Shown: in pieces, positions 25,051-34,085 of the stretch | How positions within the stretch are numbered: the first letter of the stretch is position 1 | Layout: each line of letters begins with the position of its first letter | DNA from: Azolla caroliniana | Lineage: Eukaryota > Plantae > Polypodiophyta | Reading direction: 5' to 3' | Length of the DNA stretch: 64,000 bases | NCBI GenBank assembly: GCA_043228905.1 | Contig: JBHGNT010000002.1 | Coordinates: forward strand, 16,430,001-16,494,000 | Program-made: the position numbers and the translations under genes | Notes under the pieces: generated by a model | Seen by the model: only the letters and a program-made list of their open reading frames with translations | Database searches by the model: none | What the model was told of the DNA's origin: nothing

Positions 25051-25677
25051 AGGTGATTCACAAGGGATCAAACACCGAACGATAACGCTAGTGGAACTAC
25101 AAGCGTATAAAAACATGCGGATAATGCTGGTGGAACCATTATCAACACACCATAAGCATCGATTGCAGGTCGAAAAACGATCGTGGCTTCTCCCTTGTGC
25201 AAATAACCATCTGGATTGGTCCGTACCTCTGAGGTAGACCACTAAGTCACATCTGTACTATCTCGTCCTCATCCACCATCATGTTGATGGATCCTAGGGC
25301 ATCATAGATCTCCTTGATCTTGGCGATGTAGTCAGTCACCGTCATATCCCTTTTTCAGATATTGTTGAGCTCTTAACGGAGTTGCAACTTCCGGGCTGTG
25401 GTACTCGTGGCAAAAATCTTCTTCAGATTTTCCCAGAGCTCCTTGGCGTCTTTGCATCTTGTATGTAGCCCAACATCTAATTGTTCACATAGGACGCAAG
25501 ACAATAGAAAACTCTACTTGCCGCTTACTCCCACACTGGAAAGTCCTTGTGTGTCGATTCTGGTATTACTTCATTCGCACCTTCCACATAAATCCAATAT
25601 CCATGGCCGAGTAGATACTGGTGCATCTTGCTTTTTCGTTGGAAGCAAGCTACCCATTCCTTCATCCATTTTTCGTT

Positions 25678-26054
25678 GCAGGATCGGGAGAAGGTGGGTC
25701 CCCTTTTGGAGACGGGCGATGGGCTCACGGCTGACTAGGCCGTGGTAAAAAGGGTTTGCAGCCGTTTTGACAAACGGTGTGAGTGGAGAGAAGAGGGCCT
25801 ATCAGCAGCAAGACCAGAGGCGGGAAGGAAGTTTGAGGAGCTGTTGCCAGCACGAAAGGAAGAGACTCGAAGTTGGCTTGAGTTGGGCACTGCCCCGATC
25901 GGCGTGGTTAAAGGCCCGTCCAGGGGAGCGGCTCTAGAAGAGCTAACGCAGATGGTACGCGATCTCCAAATCGCATAGGCCAAGAGAGACAGTGGAGAAC
26001 AGACACACGACCGGAGGCCTCCGGTCGAACAACGATGCATGTGGTGTGGCGCGG
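25678..26054 (+). mobile_element. Gypsy gag fragment (family of 34086..36998), continuing at 33135-33148
   Basis: Highly similar to 35893-36100, then ends RCMWCGA/VSH, a zinc knuckle split by the 26055..33134 insertion. Confidence 0.8.
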
Positions 26055-26759
26055 TGTCGTGCCCTTCAGCTCCGGATCGTTGCGTGAGTCGGGTGGGAAC
26101 CGCCGAGGTTTTGGACTAGGAGGAAGAGGAATACAACTTAAGGCTAGTTATGAATAATAGGAAGAGAAGTAAGATAGTAATCTCGTGAATCCCACGAGTT
26201 TAGTGTAATTAAAACAATATTTAGATTATAAGAGTAATTTAGATGGCAAAATTCATGAATCCCACGAATATATTAGATTGATCAATCCTTGTATATTAAT
26301 CAACAACCATATACATATTTCTCTCCTCCTTATATAAAGATGGAAGAGGCTAAGCATGGCTTCATGCTTTTTCACCTAAAGTGTCCATGCACACTAAATG
26401 TGCATGTGATGCTTTGTTATTTCCTAAATATAGGGCCCATGCACGCTAGATGTGCATGAGTCACTTTTAATGTCACGTGTAAATAAAATATTCATACTCT
26501 AAAGAATACATGATTTTTACCTTTTAATAAAGGTATGTGTAAATAAAGGTCTTATACGTATTAAATCTACATTTATAACACTAAAGATAAGTTATTACAA
26601 TGGTAAAGTTAGGGTTTATTTACGTGGAGGTGCATGGTTCGAATCCTGCCCTATGCACGTGATGAATTCTTTTGATATATTATTTATTTATTTATATGTA
26701 TCTAAAATCGGATATATTATTTTATGGTTTTCACGTAGTGTGTGGAATACACTACGACA
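26055..26759 (-). repeat. 3' LTR of the gypsy element
   Basis: Direct repeat of 32430..33134, preceded on minus by the PPT. Confidence 0.97.
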
Positions 26760-29700
26760 TTCGCCCCCTCCGAACCTGCACATCCTCCGGTATGTGCCGA
26801 AGTTCTCGATCCCCCATATCCGTCTTCACCCAAAGCTTCCTCCGATTCTCCCCTTATGTCGACTATGAGTTGTAATTCACTTTCTTCGCTTCCCGCATCA
26901 CCGTGGTCTTCGTCCGATTGCTCCTCGTTGTCGGCCTTGGCTTGGATCACATAGGGTTTGTCGTCGGTCTGCTTCTTGAAAATCTTCACCCGCTTCCCGG
27001 CTATAGGCACTCGTAGTATTGTTCCATCCAACTCGGACAGTCGGTACGTTCCGTTGTCGAAGACTTTCCGAACCTCGTATGGCCCGAACCACCTTTTCGC
27101 GAATTTCCGCATCGTTGTATGTTGATGGTCCAAACTACTGTCATAGACGATCACCCAATCTCCTTCTTCAATCCTCCTCGGTCGTAGTCGGTGCTTTGTG
27201 TCGAACCGCCTTTTGTTCCTTAATCGTGCTTCTTGTTGTCGGCGTATTGCTTCCGCTATGTCTGCCGGTCTTCCCTCTAGTTGTCGTATCCGGACCGCTA
27301 GTAGTTCTTCCCGGCTCATCTCTTCCTTCCACGGTAGCATTGTCCATGTTGCGATCGCGGTTTCCGTCGGCATTACCGGTGCTTGTCCGGTCATGAGTTC
27401 TGCCGGCATGTAACCGGTTATGGAACTATGCGTCGTCCGATCCGCCCATAGTGCATACGGAAGCATCTGCGGCCAGTCCTTCACCTTTCCATCGCATGCC
27501 TTCGCAAGTGCTTTCACGATCGGACTATGTCCTCGTTCGATTTTCCCGTTGGCCTCCGGATTGTATGCCGTTGTCAGCGATAACCGAACTCCGTGTTTAG
27601 CGAAGAATCCCCTAGCTTTGTCCGAGTCGAGTTCTCCCCGGTCCGCAATCACTTGTCCTACGCACCTGTACCTGCAAAATACTTCCTCCAAAAGAAATTG
27701 GCATACCGCGGAACACGTTTTCCTCTGAAGCGCTCGACCTTCTACTTGGTTCGTGAGATCTTGCCGAGCTAATACCAAGTATTTCTTTTTCCCGATCCCG
27801 GTCGGCATGGCCACTATGTCAACCATCCACTTGAAGTTGATTGTCGGTGAGAATGTCGGATGTAACTCATCTCGATGTCGAACCCTGGAGTAGACTTGAC
27901 ATTTCTCGCAGCTTTCTGTGAACTCCGCGACATCTTTGTACATTTTCTTCCACCAATATTTTTGCTTGATCTTCACAAATGTTGCCCATGTTCCTCGGTG
28001 TCCAGCCCAATCGGATTCGTGAAACTCGGACATTATCCGGTTTCGTTGCTCTTTTGTCCCGACTACTCGAAGTGGTATACCATCCGGTCTTTTCGGCGCC
28101 CTCCATATTAATCCGTTTTCCAAGAAGAACTTTTGGACTTGTCTCTTCTTCCTTCGGATCTCAGCTCTTCTTCCTTTATCGTTTGTTGAATCCTCGGCCT
28201 CTTGTAATATCTTCCCGATCATCAAGCTTTCTCCCTCGTATTCTTGTTCCCGGAATTCCCGGATTACGTTTACTCGGCATATGTGCTCCGACGCGAAGTA
28301 GTCTTCGGAAACTTCTTCATTATCCGATTCGGTTATGTCGTCTCCGAACCGAGCCCTTGATAACATATCCGCTACCGCGTTGTCCTTCCCCGAGATGTGT
28401 CGAACCTCCGGATTAAGCGACTTGACATATGCAACCCACCTTAGCATAGCTACATCCGGTATCGTACAACACCGCATCATCCCGAGTATCAGAAGACAAT
28501 CCGTCTCGATCACCACTTCGGCTCCGATCAAATAATCCCGATCCGATTTTATCGCCGACACGACTCCCCACAGTTCTCTTTTGACTTGCGCATATCCACG
28601 TTGCCTTTCATTGAGAACCTTTGCTCCGAATCGGATCGGGTACCGCGAACCATCCGAGTCGGCTTGATTGATGACCCACCCGATACCGGTTGGACTTGTA
28701 TCAACCGTTACTATGATCGGTCGGTCATAGCTCGGCTTCTTAAGTGCTTCCGCCCTCCGAAGCGTCTTCTTCAATTTCTTCATGGCTTTGGTGTGTTCTG
28801 GTTTCCATTCGAATTTCTTACCTTTCCGCAACAAGTGGTAGAGCGGATCCGCTATATGTGCATAGTGCGGAATCCATATGTGATAGAATGCACATGCACC
28901 GAGAAACCTTCGGACTTCGGATGTTGACTCGCATACTTCCTCCATAGCTTGAATCGCATCGATCTTTGTTGGTGACGGTCTTCGGCCGTAGGGCCCACAT
29001 AGATGTCCGACCACCAATATTTCTTCTTGCCCAAATGCCGATTTCTCCCCGGAAAGTGTTAGGTGCACATCTTCTAGGTTTCGCAACACTTTCTCGCAAT
29101 CCTGAATATGGTCGACCACGAACTTCCGGCATCCCCGATCATCCATAGTCTCATCTTTTTCTTCTACCGCGCATCCTTTCATCGGAATGTCATCGAGGAA
29201 CGGCATCGTTATCTCCGGAATGCAGTCTCGAAGCACCTTGTTCATCGCGTTCATCATATGAGCAACTGAGTTTGTCGCTCCTTGTGGTAGTGTGCACATT
29301 CGGACTAATCCTATCGGTGTTCGCATGGTTGTGATGTCTCGGCTCTCCACGGCTAGTTGGAATTGGTCATACCCCGAGTATAGGTCTCCGATGGAGTATA
29401 TCGCACGACCGGCAAAAGCTTCCGCAAATTCGTCCACTATCGGACCGACTCCCGAGTTCCGGATCGTGACTTTATTCACCGGTTGCAAGTCTTGGATAAA
29501 TCGGAGTGACCCATTCTTCTTCGGAACCGTAAACCATCGATTTGAGTACGGAGCAGTTGATGGCTCTAGAATCCCCATCGCCACCTTCTCCTTGAGCAAG
29601 TCAATGACTTTCGGAATATGCGCTCGTGGCACTGGAATCGGCTTCAGGTTCCACGGTACATGGTCAATCGTGAAGATCACCATCGGCTCCACTATTCTCG

Positions 29701-30049
29701 GATCGACGCACCCTATCTCCCTTGAAGTAAATGCAAATGCTTTGCCGTATTGCTCCAACATCTCGTGAAACCGTTCTTCTTCTTTTTGTAAGAGGAACCC
29801 ACCTCCACCGATCCGAAGTTTCTTCCGGGTCTCATCCGTGAAGGCATGTCCGATATCCACGGACTTCCGAAGTGTTTGATCTCCCGAGACTTCTTTCCTC
29901 TTTTGTTCGCTATCGGAGGGTAGTGGTCCCGCGGCCGGTTTCACCTTCTTCTCCACGGTCTTGTATTTCGTACTTACCATTGCTTCTTCTTTGCGGAGCG
30001 TATCCGGCTCCATTTTCTCAATGATCTCGTACATCTCGACCGATTCCAC
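26717..30049 (-). CDS. pol: Gypsy Pol (RT - RNase H - integrase), 1110-aa ORF
   Basis: LPQG and FLDD RT motifs, DTS..GIG and ETD RNase H motifs, H-X5-H...C-X2-C zinc finger, D..ADRG..ANGKIER integrase core and WFGPY; no chromodomain. Confidence 0.95.
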   Translation of the reverse strand: MESVEMYEIIEKMEPDTLRKEEAMVSTKYKTVEKKVKPAAGPLPSDSEQKRKEVSGDQTLRKSVDIGHAFTDETRKKLRIGGGGFLLQKEEERFHEMLEQYGKAFAFTSREIGCVDPRIVEPMVIFTIDHVPWNLKPIPVPRAHIPKVIDLLKEKVAMGILEPSTAPYSNRWFTVPKKNGSLRFIQDLQPVNKVTIRNSGVGPIVDEFAEAFAGRAIYSIGDLYSGYDQFQLAVESRDITTMRTPIGLVRMCTLPQGATNSVAHMMNAMNKVLRDCIPEITMPFLDDIPMKGCAVEEKDETMDDRGCRKFVVDHIQDCEKVLRNLEDVHLTLSGEKSAFGQEEILVVGHLCGPYGRRPSPTKIDAIQAMEEVCESTSEVRRFLGACAFYHIWIPHYAHIADPLYHLLRKGKKFEWKPEHTKAMKKLKKTLRRAEALKKPSYDRPIIVTVDTSPTGIGWVINQADSDGSRYPIRFGAKVLNERQRGYAQVKRELWGVVSAIKSDRDYLIGAEVVIETDCLLILGMMRCCTIPDVAMLRWVAYVKSLNPEVRHISGKDNAVADMLSRARFGDDITESDNEEVSEDYFASEHICRVNVIREFREQEYEGESLMIGKILQEAEDSTNDKGRRAEIRRKKRQVQKFFLENGLIWRAPKRPDGIPLRVVGTKEQRNRIMSEFHESDWAGHRGTWATFVKIKQKYWWKKMYKDVAEFTESCEKCQVYSRVRHRDELHPTFSPTINFKWMVDIVAMPTGIGKKKYLVLARQDLTNQVEGRALQRKTCSAVCQFLLEEVFCRYRCVGQVIADRGELDSDKARGFFAKHGVRLSLTTAYNPEANGKIERGHSPIVKALAKACDGKVKDWPQMLPYALWADRTTHSSITGYMPAELMTGQAPVMPTETAIATWTMLPWKEEMSREELLAVRIRQLEGRPADIAEAIRRQQEARLRNKRRFDTKHRLRPRRIEEGDWVIVYDSSLDHQHTTMRKFAKRWFGPYEVRKVFDNGTYRLSELDGTILRVPIAGKRVKIFKKQTDDKPYVIQAKADNEEQSDEDHGDAGSEESELQLIVDIRGESEEALGEDGYGGSRTSAHTGGCAGSEGANVVVYSTHYVKTIK

Positions 30050-30348
30050 CGGGACTACCCGGTTTCCTTAGCTTTTATCTTCCGCAAGCTCTTCAAGTCG
30101 TTGTAGCGTGCTCCCATAGAACACTTCTTCGACTATCCCCACGATTTCTTCATCTTCTTTTATTATTGATGCCGACCGCAACTTATCCTCCACTTGTCGG
30201 TATCCTTTCTTCAATCCTCCGGTTACGGTCGTGTACGTAGATGCCCCATCCAGACCGATTCGTACATGTTTTGCTCCGAGAGTTTTCTTTCTGTGTGGGG
30301 TATCAGGGCTTCTCGGACTATCACTTCCCCACTCCGCAACAGTCCGCT

Positions 30349-32412
30349 TTAAAAATCCATTCTCACTTGGGACAAGAGTTCCCTCTTGTTCCTTTCGTGA
30401 TTTGCCGGCACCGTTAGGAATTGGACGGATTTCCCACCGTTTTGGCTCCGAATTCGCGCAAAAGCCGCATTGCTATCGAGCACCTTCGTCTCCATCCGTG
30501 ATGCCGTGATAAAGGGTTGGACGAGGATGACGGAATGTGAAACCTCATCTTGCACGAAGAAATTTTGGTCGATCTCGACATCCCCGATCTTCACCGTCAC
30601 ATCCGGACAAGCCGCAAATAGATCTTCCGTTGCTTTGGTGGCCGCCCGAATCTTCCATCCATGGTTGGTGTTAATAGGCCACTTTCCCTTCCGGTAGAAC
30701 TCCTTGGACATCAAGTTGATCTCCGATCCGTGATCAATCAATGCTAGCACGGGTTCTTTGATGTTGCCGATTCGGACCGGAGTCTCCGTAGTCGCGCGTG
30801 CCCAATGTGGCCTTGTATAGTGGGAGTTCGGAATTTCGTCCTCCACTTCGGTGTCGTTCATTAAAACGGTGTTCGCATTCACCCTTGGAGCATTTTCCTC
30901 TGTACTTTGTCTTTTTCGCTTCACGAGATCCACGAGAAGATCGTGGAACTCCTTCTTTGCTATTCCGAGTAGCTCCCGAAGCGAGAAATCTACTCGGCTA
31001 TCCAAGATTCTTTCCTCGAACACTCTTTTCAAGTCGGTTTGTTGTTCTATGTCCGAGGCGAGCTTGAATGCCGGAGTCGCCTTTTCTTTTCCCTTACCTC
31101 CGGAGTTCCAGCTTTCCGGTATCTTTGATGGCCCGGCTGCATCCTCCGTGCGTCGTCGTTTCTCGTCCACATACACCTTATGCAATTGACCTAGGGCGTA
31201 TACGCTATTCTTGTCGACAAGGCACTCCCATCCCGTAGCTTCCCGGACGCCTTCCGCGGTGCTTCGGAACTCGTTAGAGTCGGTTTTCTCGGTGTTTTCT
31301 AGAACTTCCGGCCAAAAAGACGTCTTTGCTCTCGATGACTCCCCGACACATATTCCCGCGGTTGTCGCATAGTTGCTTCTTGCTGCCAATTCCTCCTCGA
31401 GCACCTTCTTCATGCCGCCTTTCCGGAAGTTCGGTCGGAGTGGCTTCCGAGAGTCCATCGAATGAATCCGGTTTCCCTCGTAGTAGATGAGATCCCACCG
31501 TAGCGCCTCCTTATGCTCGTCGCAATCCCTCCGATCGTGTTCGGCGCTATCGCACCATATGCACCGTCGGTCCGTATACTTGGAGCTTGTGGGGCGGTCA
31601 TCCGACTTCTTCACCATCGTGATCTTCAGATTCTCCATCTCCTTCAATAGTTGCTCCACCGTAGATGCATCAATCCCCTTATCGGTTGTAGTCTCTCGAG
31701 CCCTCAGTTGATGGTCTTCCAAACCGGTTCTCGGTTTCGGAATCGGTTCCAAAACCCTCTTTTCCTCGTCGGCAAGCCATTGCCCCCTCTTCGTGTATCG
31801 CGCGACGATATCCCGCACGCTTTCCCATGTTTCGGTGAGGCCCCTCTCTGTGGTCGTGTCCTCCAAGAGCACTCCGAGATCTTTCCGGTCCCGGACGTCC
31901 ACGGCTCGCAAGAACATGATCACCTTGTCCGGTACGAGGATAGCTTGATCTCTCGCGGACAACCTCCCGAACCGGCTTTCGAATGCCGAAAACACATCAA
32001 CGACCTTCAATCCCTTGTCCGGCGTCTCCACCCAATCTTCAAATCCCCTTCGCGTCGCCTTGGACGAATCCTCGATGGCGAACGTCCTCTTTAGCTCTAC
32101 TTCAAACGCCTCCCATCTCGGATTTTGTTGTCGTAGCCCATGGATGCTTGCTTGAAGCCCGTCGGTCGCCACCCGGTTGAAGGACGTCACTTGCAGTCCT
32201 TCCGATATTCCGCACCGTAGCATCTCCGCCTTGTAGTCCTGAAGATACCGCGACACGTCTTTCCCGTTGAATTGCCCGTTTCGTTGCACGAGCCGCTCCA
32301 CTGATGCCGCTATCTCCGACATCGCACGTTGTTCTTGTAGCATGCGCTCGAACATCATCATCATGTTGCTAGCCTCCGGTTGATTTTCCATCTCCTTGCC
32401 ACCCGTTTTCAC
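30349..32412 (-). CDS. gag: Gypsy Gag-protease, 687-aa ORF
   Basis: CIWCDSAEHDRRDC zinc knuckle and LIDHGSE aspartic protease motif. The true start is probably the downstream ATG, because the GTG lies within the PBS. Confidence 0.93.
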   Translation of the reverse strand: MKTGGKEMENQPEASNMMMMFERMLQEQRAMSEIAASVERLVQRNGQFNGKDVSRYLQDYKAEMLRCGISEGLQVTSFNRVATDGLQASIHGLRQQNPRWEAFEVELKRTFAIEDSSKATRRGFEDWVETPDKGLKVVDVFSAFESRFGRLSARDQAILVPDKVIMFLRAVDVRDRKDLGVLLEDTTTERGLTETWESVRDIVARYTKRGQWLADEEKRVLEPIPKPRTGLEDHQLRARETTTDKGIDASTVEQLLKEMENLKITMVKKSDDRPTSSKYTDRRCIWCDSAEHDRRDCDEHKEALRWDLIYYEGNRIHSMDSRKPLRPNFRKGGMKKVLEEELAARSNYATTAGICVGESSRAKTSFWPEVLENTEKTDSNEFRSTAEGVREATGWECLVDKNSVYALGQLHKVYVDEKRRRTEDAAGPSKIPESWNSGGKGKEKATPAFKLASDIEQQTDLKRVFEERILDSRVDFSLRELLGIAKKEFHDLLVDLVKRKRQSTEENAPRVNANTVLMNDTEVEDEIPNSHYTRPHWARATTETPVRIGNIKEPVLALIDHGSEINLMSKEFYRKGKWPINTNHGWKIRAATKATEDLFAACPDVTVKIGDVEIDQNFFVQDEVSHSVILVQPFITASRMETKVLDSNAAFARIRSQNGGKSVQFLTVPANHERNKRELLSQVRMDF

Positions 32413-32425
32413 GTCGGGTTCACCA
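32408..32425 (-). other. Primer binding site complementary to tRNA-Trp(CCA)
   Basis: TGGTGAACCCGACGTGAA is the complement of the plant tRNA-Trp 3' end ...TTCACGTCGGGTTCA-CCA (tRNA sequence recalled from memory); 4 nt from the LTR. Confidence 0.85.
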
Positions 32426-32429
32426 ACTG

Positions 32430-33134
32430 TGTCGCGCCCTTCGGCTCCAGATCGTTGCGTGAGTCGGGTGGGAACCGCCGAGGTTTTGGACTAGGAGGAA
32501 GAGGAATACAACTTAAGGCTAGTTATGAATAATAGGAAGAGAAGTAAGATAGTAATCTCGTGAATCCCACGAGTTTAGTGTAATTAAAACAATATTTAGA
32601 TTATAAGAGTAATTTAGATGGCAAAATTCATGAATCCCACGAATATATTAGATTGATCAATCCTTGTATATTAATCAACAACCATATACATATTTCTCTC
32701 CTCCTTATATAAAGATGGAAGAGGCTAAGCATGGCTTCATGCTTTTTCACCTAAAGTGTCCATGCACACTAAATGTGCATGTGATGCTTTGTCATTTCCT
32801 AAATATAGGGCCCATGCACGCTAGATGTGCATGAGTCACTTTTAATGTCACGTGTAAATAAAATATTCATACTCTAAAGAATACATGATTTTTACCTTTT
32901 AATAAAGGTATGTGTAAATAAAGGTCTTATACGTATTAAATCTACATTTATAACACTAAAGATAAGTTATTACAATGGTAAAGTTAGGGTTTGTCTACGT
33001 GGAGGTGCATGGTTCGAATCCTGCCCTATGCACGTGATGAGTTCTTTTGATATATTATTTATTTATTTATATGTATCTAAAATCGGATATATTATTTTAT
33101 GGTTTTCACGTAGTGTGTGGAATACACTACGACA
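32430..33134 (-). repeat. 5' LTR of the gypsy element
   Basis: Direct repeat of 26055..26759, adjacent to the PBS. Confidence 0.97.
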
Positions 33135-34085
33135 GCGGTCAGCCACAACAGAAGAGTCCTTGTGTGTCGATTCTGGTACTACTTCATTCGCTCCCTCCAC
33201 ATAAATCCAATATCCATGGCCGAGTAGATACTGGTGCATCTTGTATGCCCAAGATGTGTAGTTGCTCCTATCGAGCTTTTTCGTTCGAAGCAACCTACCC
33301 ATTCCTCTGTCCATTATCTCCTTGTATGTTCTTACTGAGGTTTAAGTTTTGTCTGTGTTACAACACTTGTTGGCAGCAAAGGATTCTCAACCCTCGCGCT
33401 CTGATATACCATGAAAAGATTACCGTGGGGAAACTGAAACATACACACCCGACTTAGCCGGAAAACAACAAAAAACATAGAGAATCAAAAATGGAGATAA
33501 AACATAGCACAAGCGAGAGACAGAGAGAGCAGAAGACTAAGAACTCAATTCAAAATAAAATGTTCTCTGTACATACAAATGTGCTCAGAGAGCACTTTTA
33601 TATAAGTCCTTAGAGGACGGTCAGAAGTATTAACAGGTACTTCAATGCTCATAACTGAGCTATTAACACTAACTCCTAAGAATATAACTTCCAACTAAAC
33701 TAGAAGTGTAGTTCTCTAACGGCCTACAGGCGCTATGTGGATCTGGGCCTAGTCTATCGGTCTTCATCCGATTCAGCACATGTTCAGCTTGCTTCTCAAC
33801 ACTATACAATATTATTGTGGTTCTCAATCACCACTTCAAGCACTTAATGTTGATCTTCATAGTTTGGTCCATCCACAATAGAGTAACATTTATGTGGAAC
33901 CAAGAATGACAATACAAGCACAACTCAGGTGACAAGGAAAATTGCAAGAACTTAAGGTGGGGATATTAATAGTTATACATATAGTTGGCTATGACCTAGG
34001 GCACAAATTCTAGATTGGAAACGTTTTGGATGTGGTGATACATTAAAACTTTGTAATACATTTATCGTTGACATTAGTCAGACGT

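Larger units (their letters stand above)
26055..33134 (-). mobile_element. Full-length Ty3/gypsy LTR retrotransposon (non-chromovirus, tRNA-Trp primed)
   Basis: 705-bp TG..CA LTRs at 26055-26759 and 32430-33134, about 7 differences by eye. 4-bp TSD GCGG, PBS at 32408-32425, PPT ggagggggcgaa at 26760-26771, gag-PR and RT-RH-INT ORFs. Confidence 0.97.
25060..33801 (-). mobile_element. Truncated Ty1/copia (5' LTR 33412..33801, PBS iMet, gag remnant) interrupted by gypsy sequence
   Basis: PBS tgg(ta)tatcagagc adjacent to the LTR at about 33398-33411. gag MDRGMG...NY.SWAYKMHQYLLGHGYW at 33150-33314 and again at 25060-25672. Confidence 0.8.

Noticed and set aside
26586-26657. Functional tRNA genes at the A/B-box modules (also 33011, 39857, 60988, 62460)
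   Set aside because: Acceptor and anticodon stems do not pair convincingly, so these are reported as tRNA-derived promoter-like modules only
27019-32180. Multiple + strand ORFs opposite gypsy gag/pol
   Set aside because: They are antisense shadows of GC-rich coding sequence with no motifs
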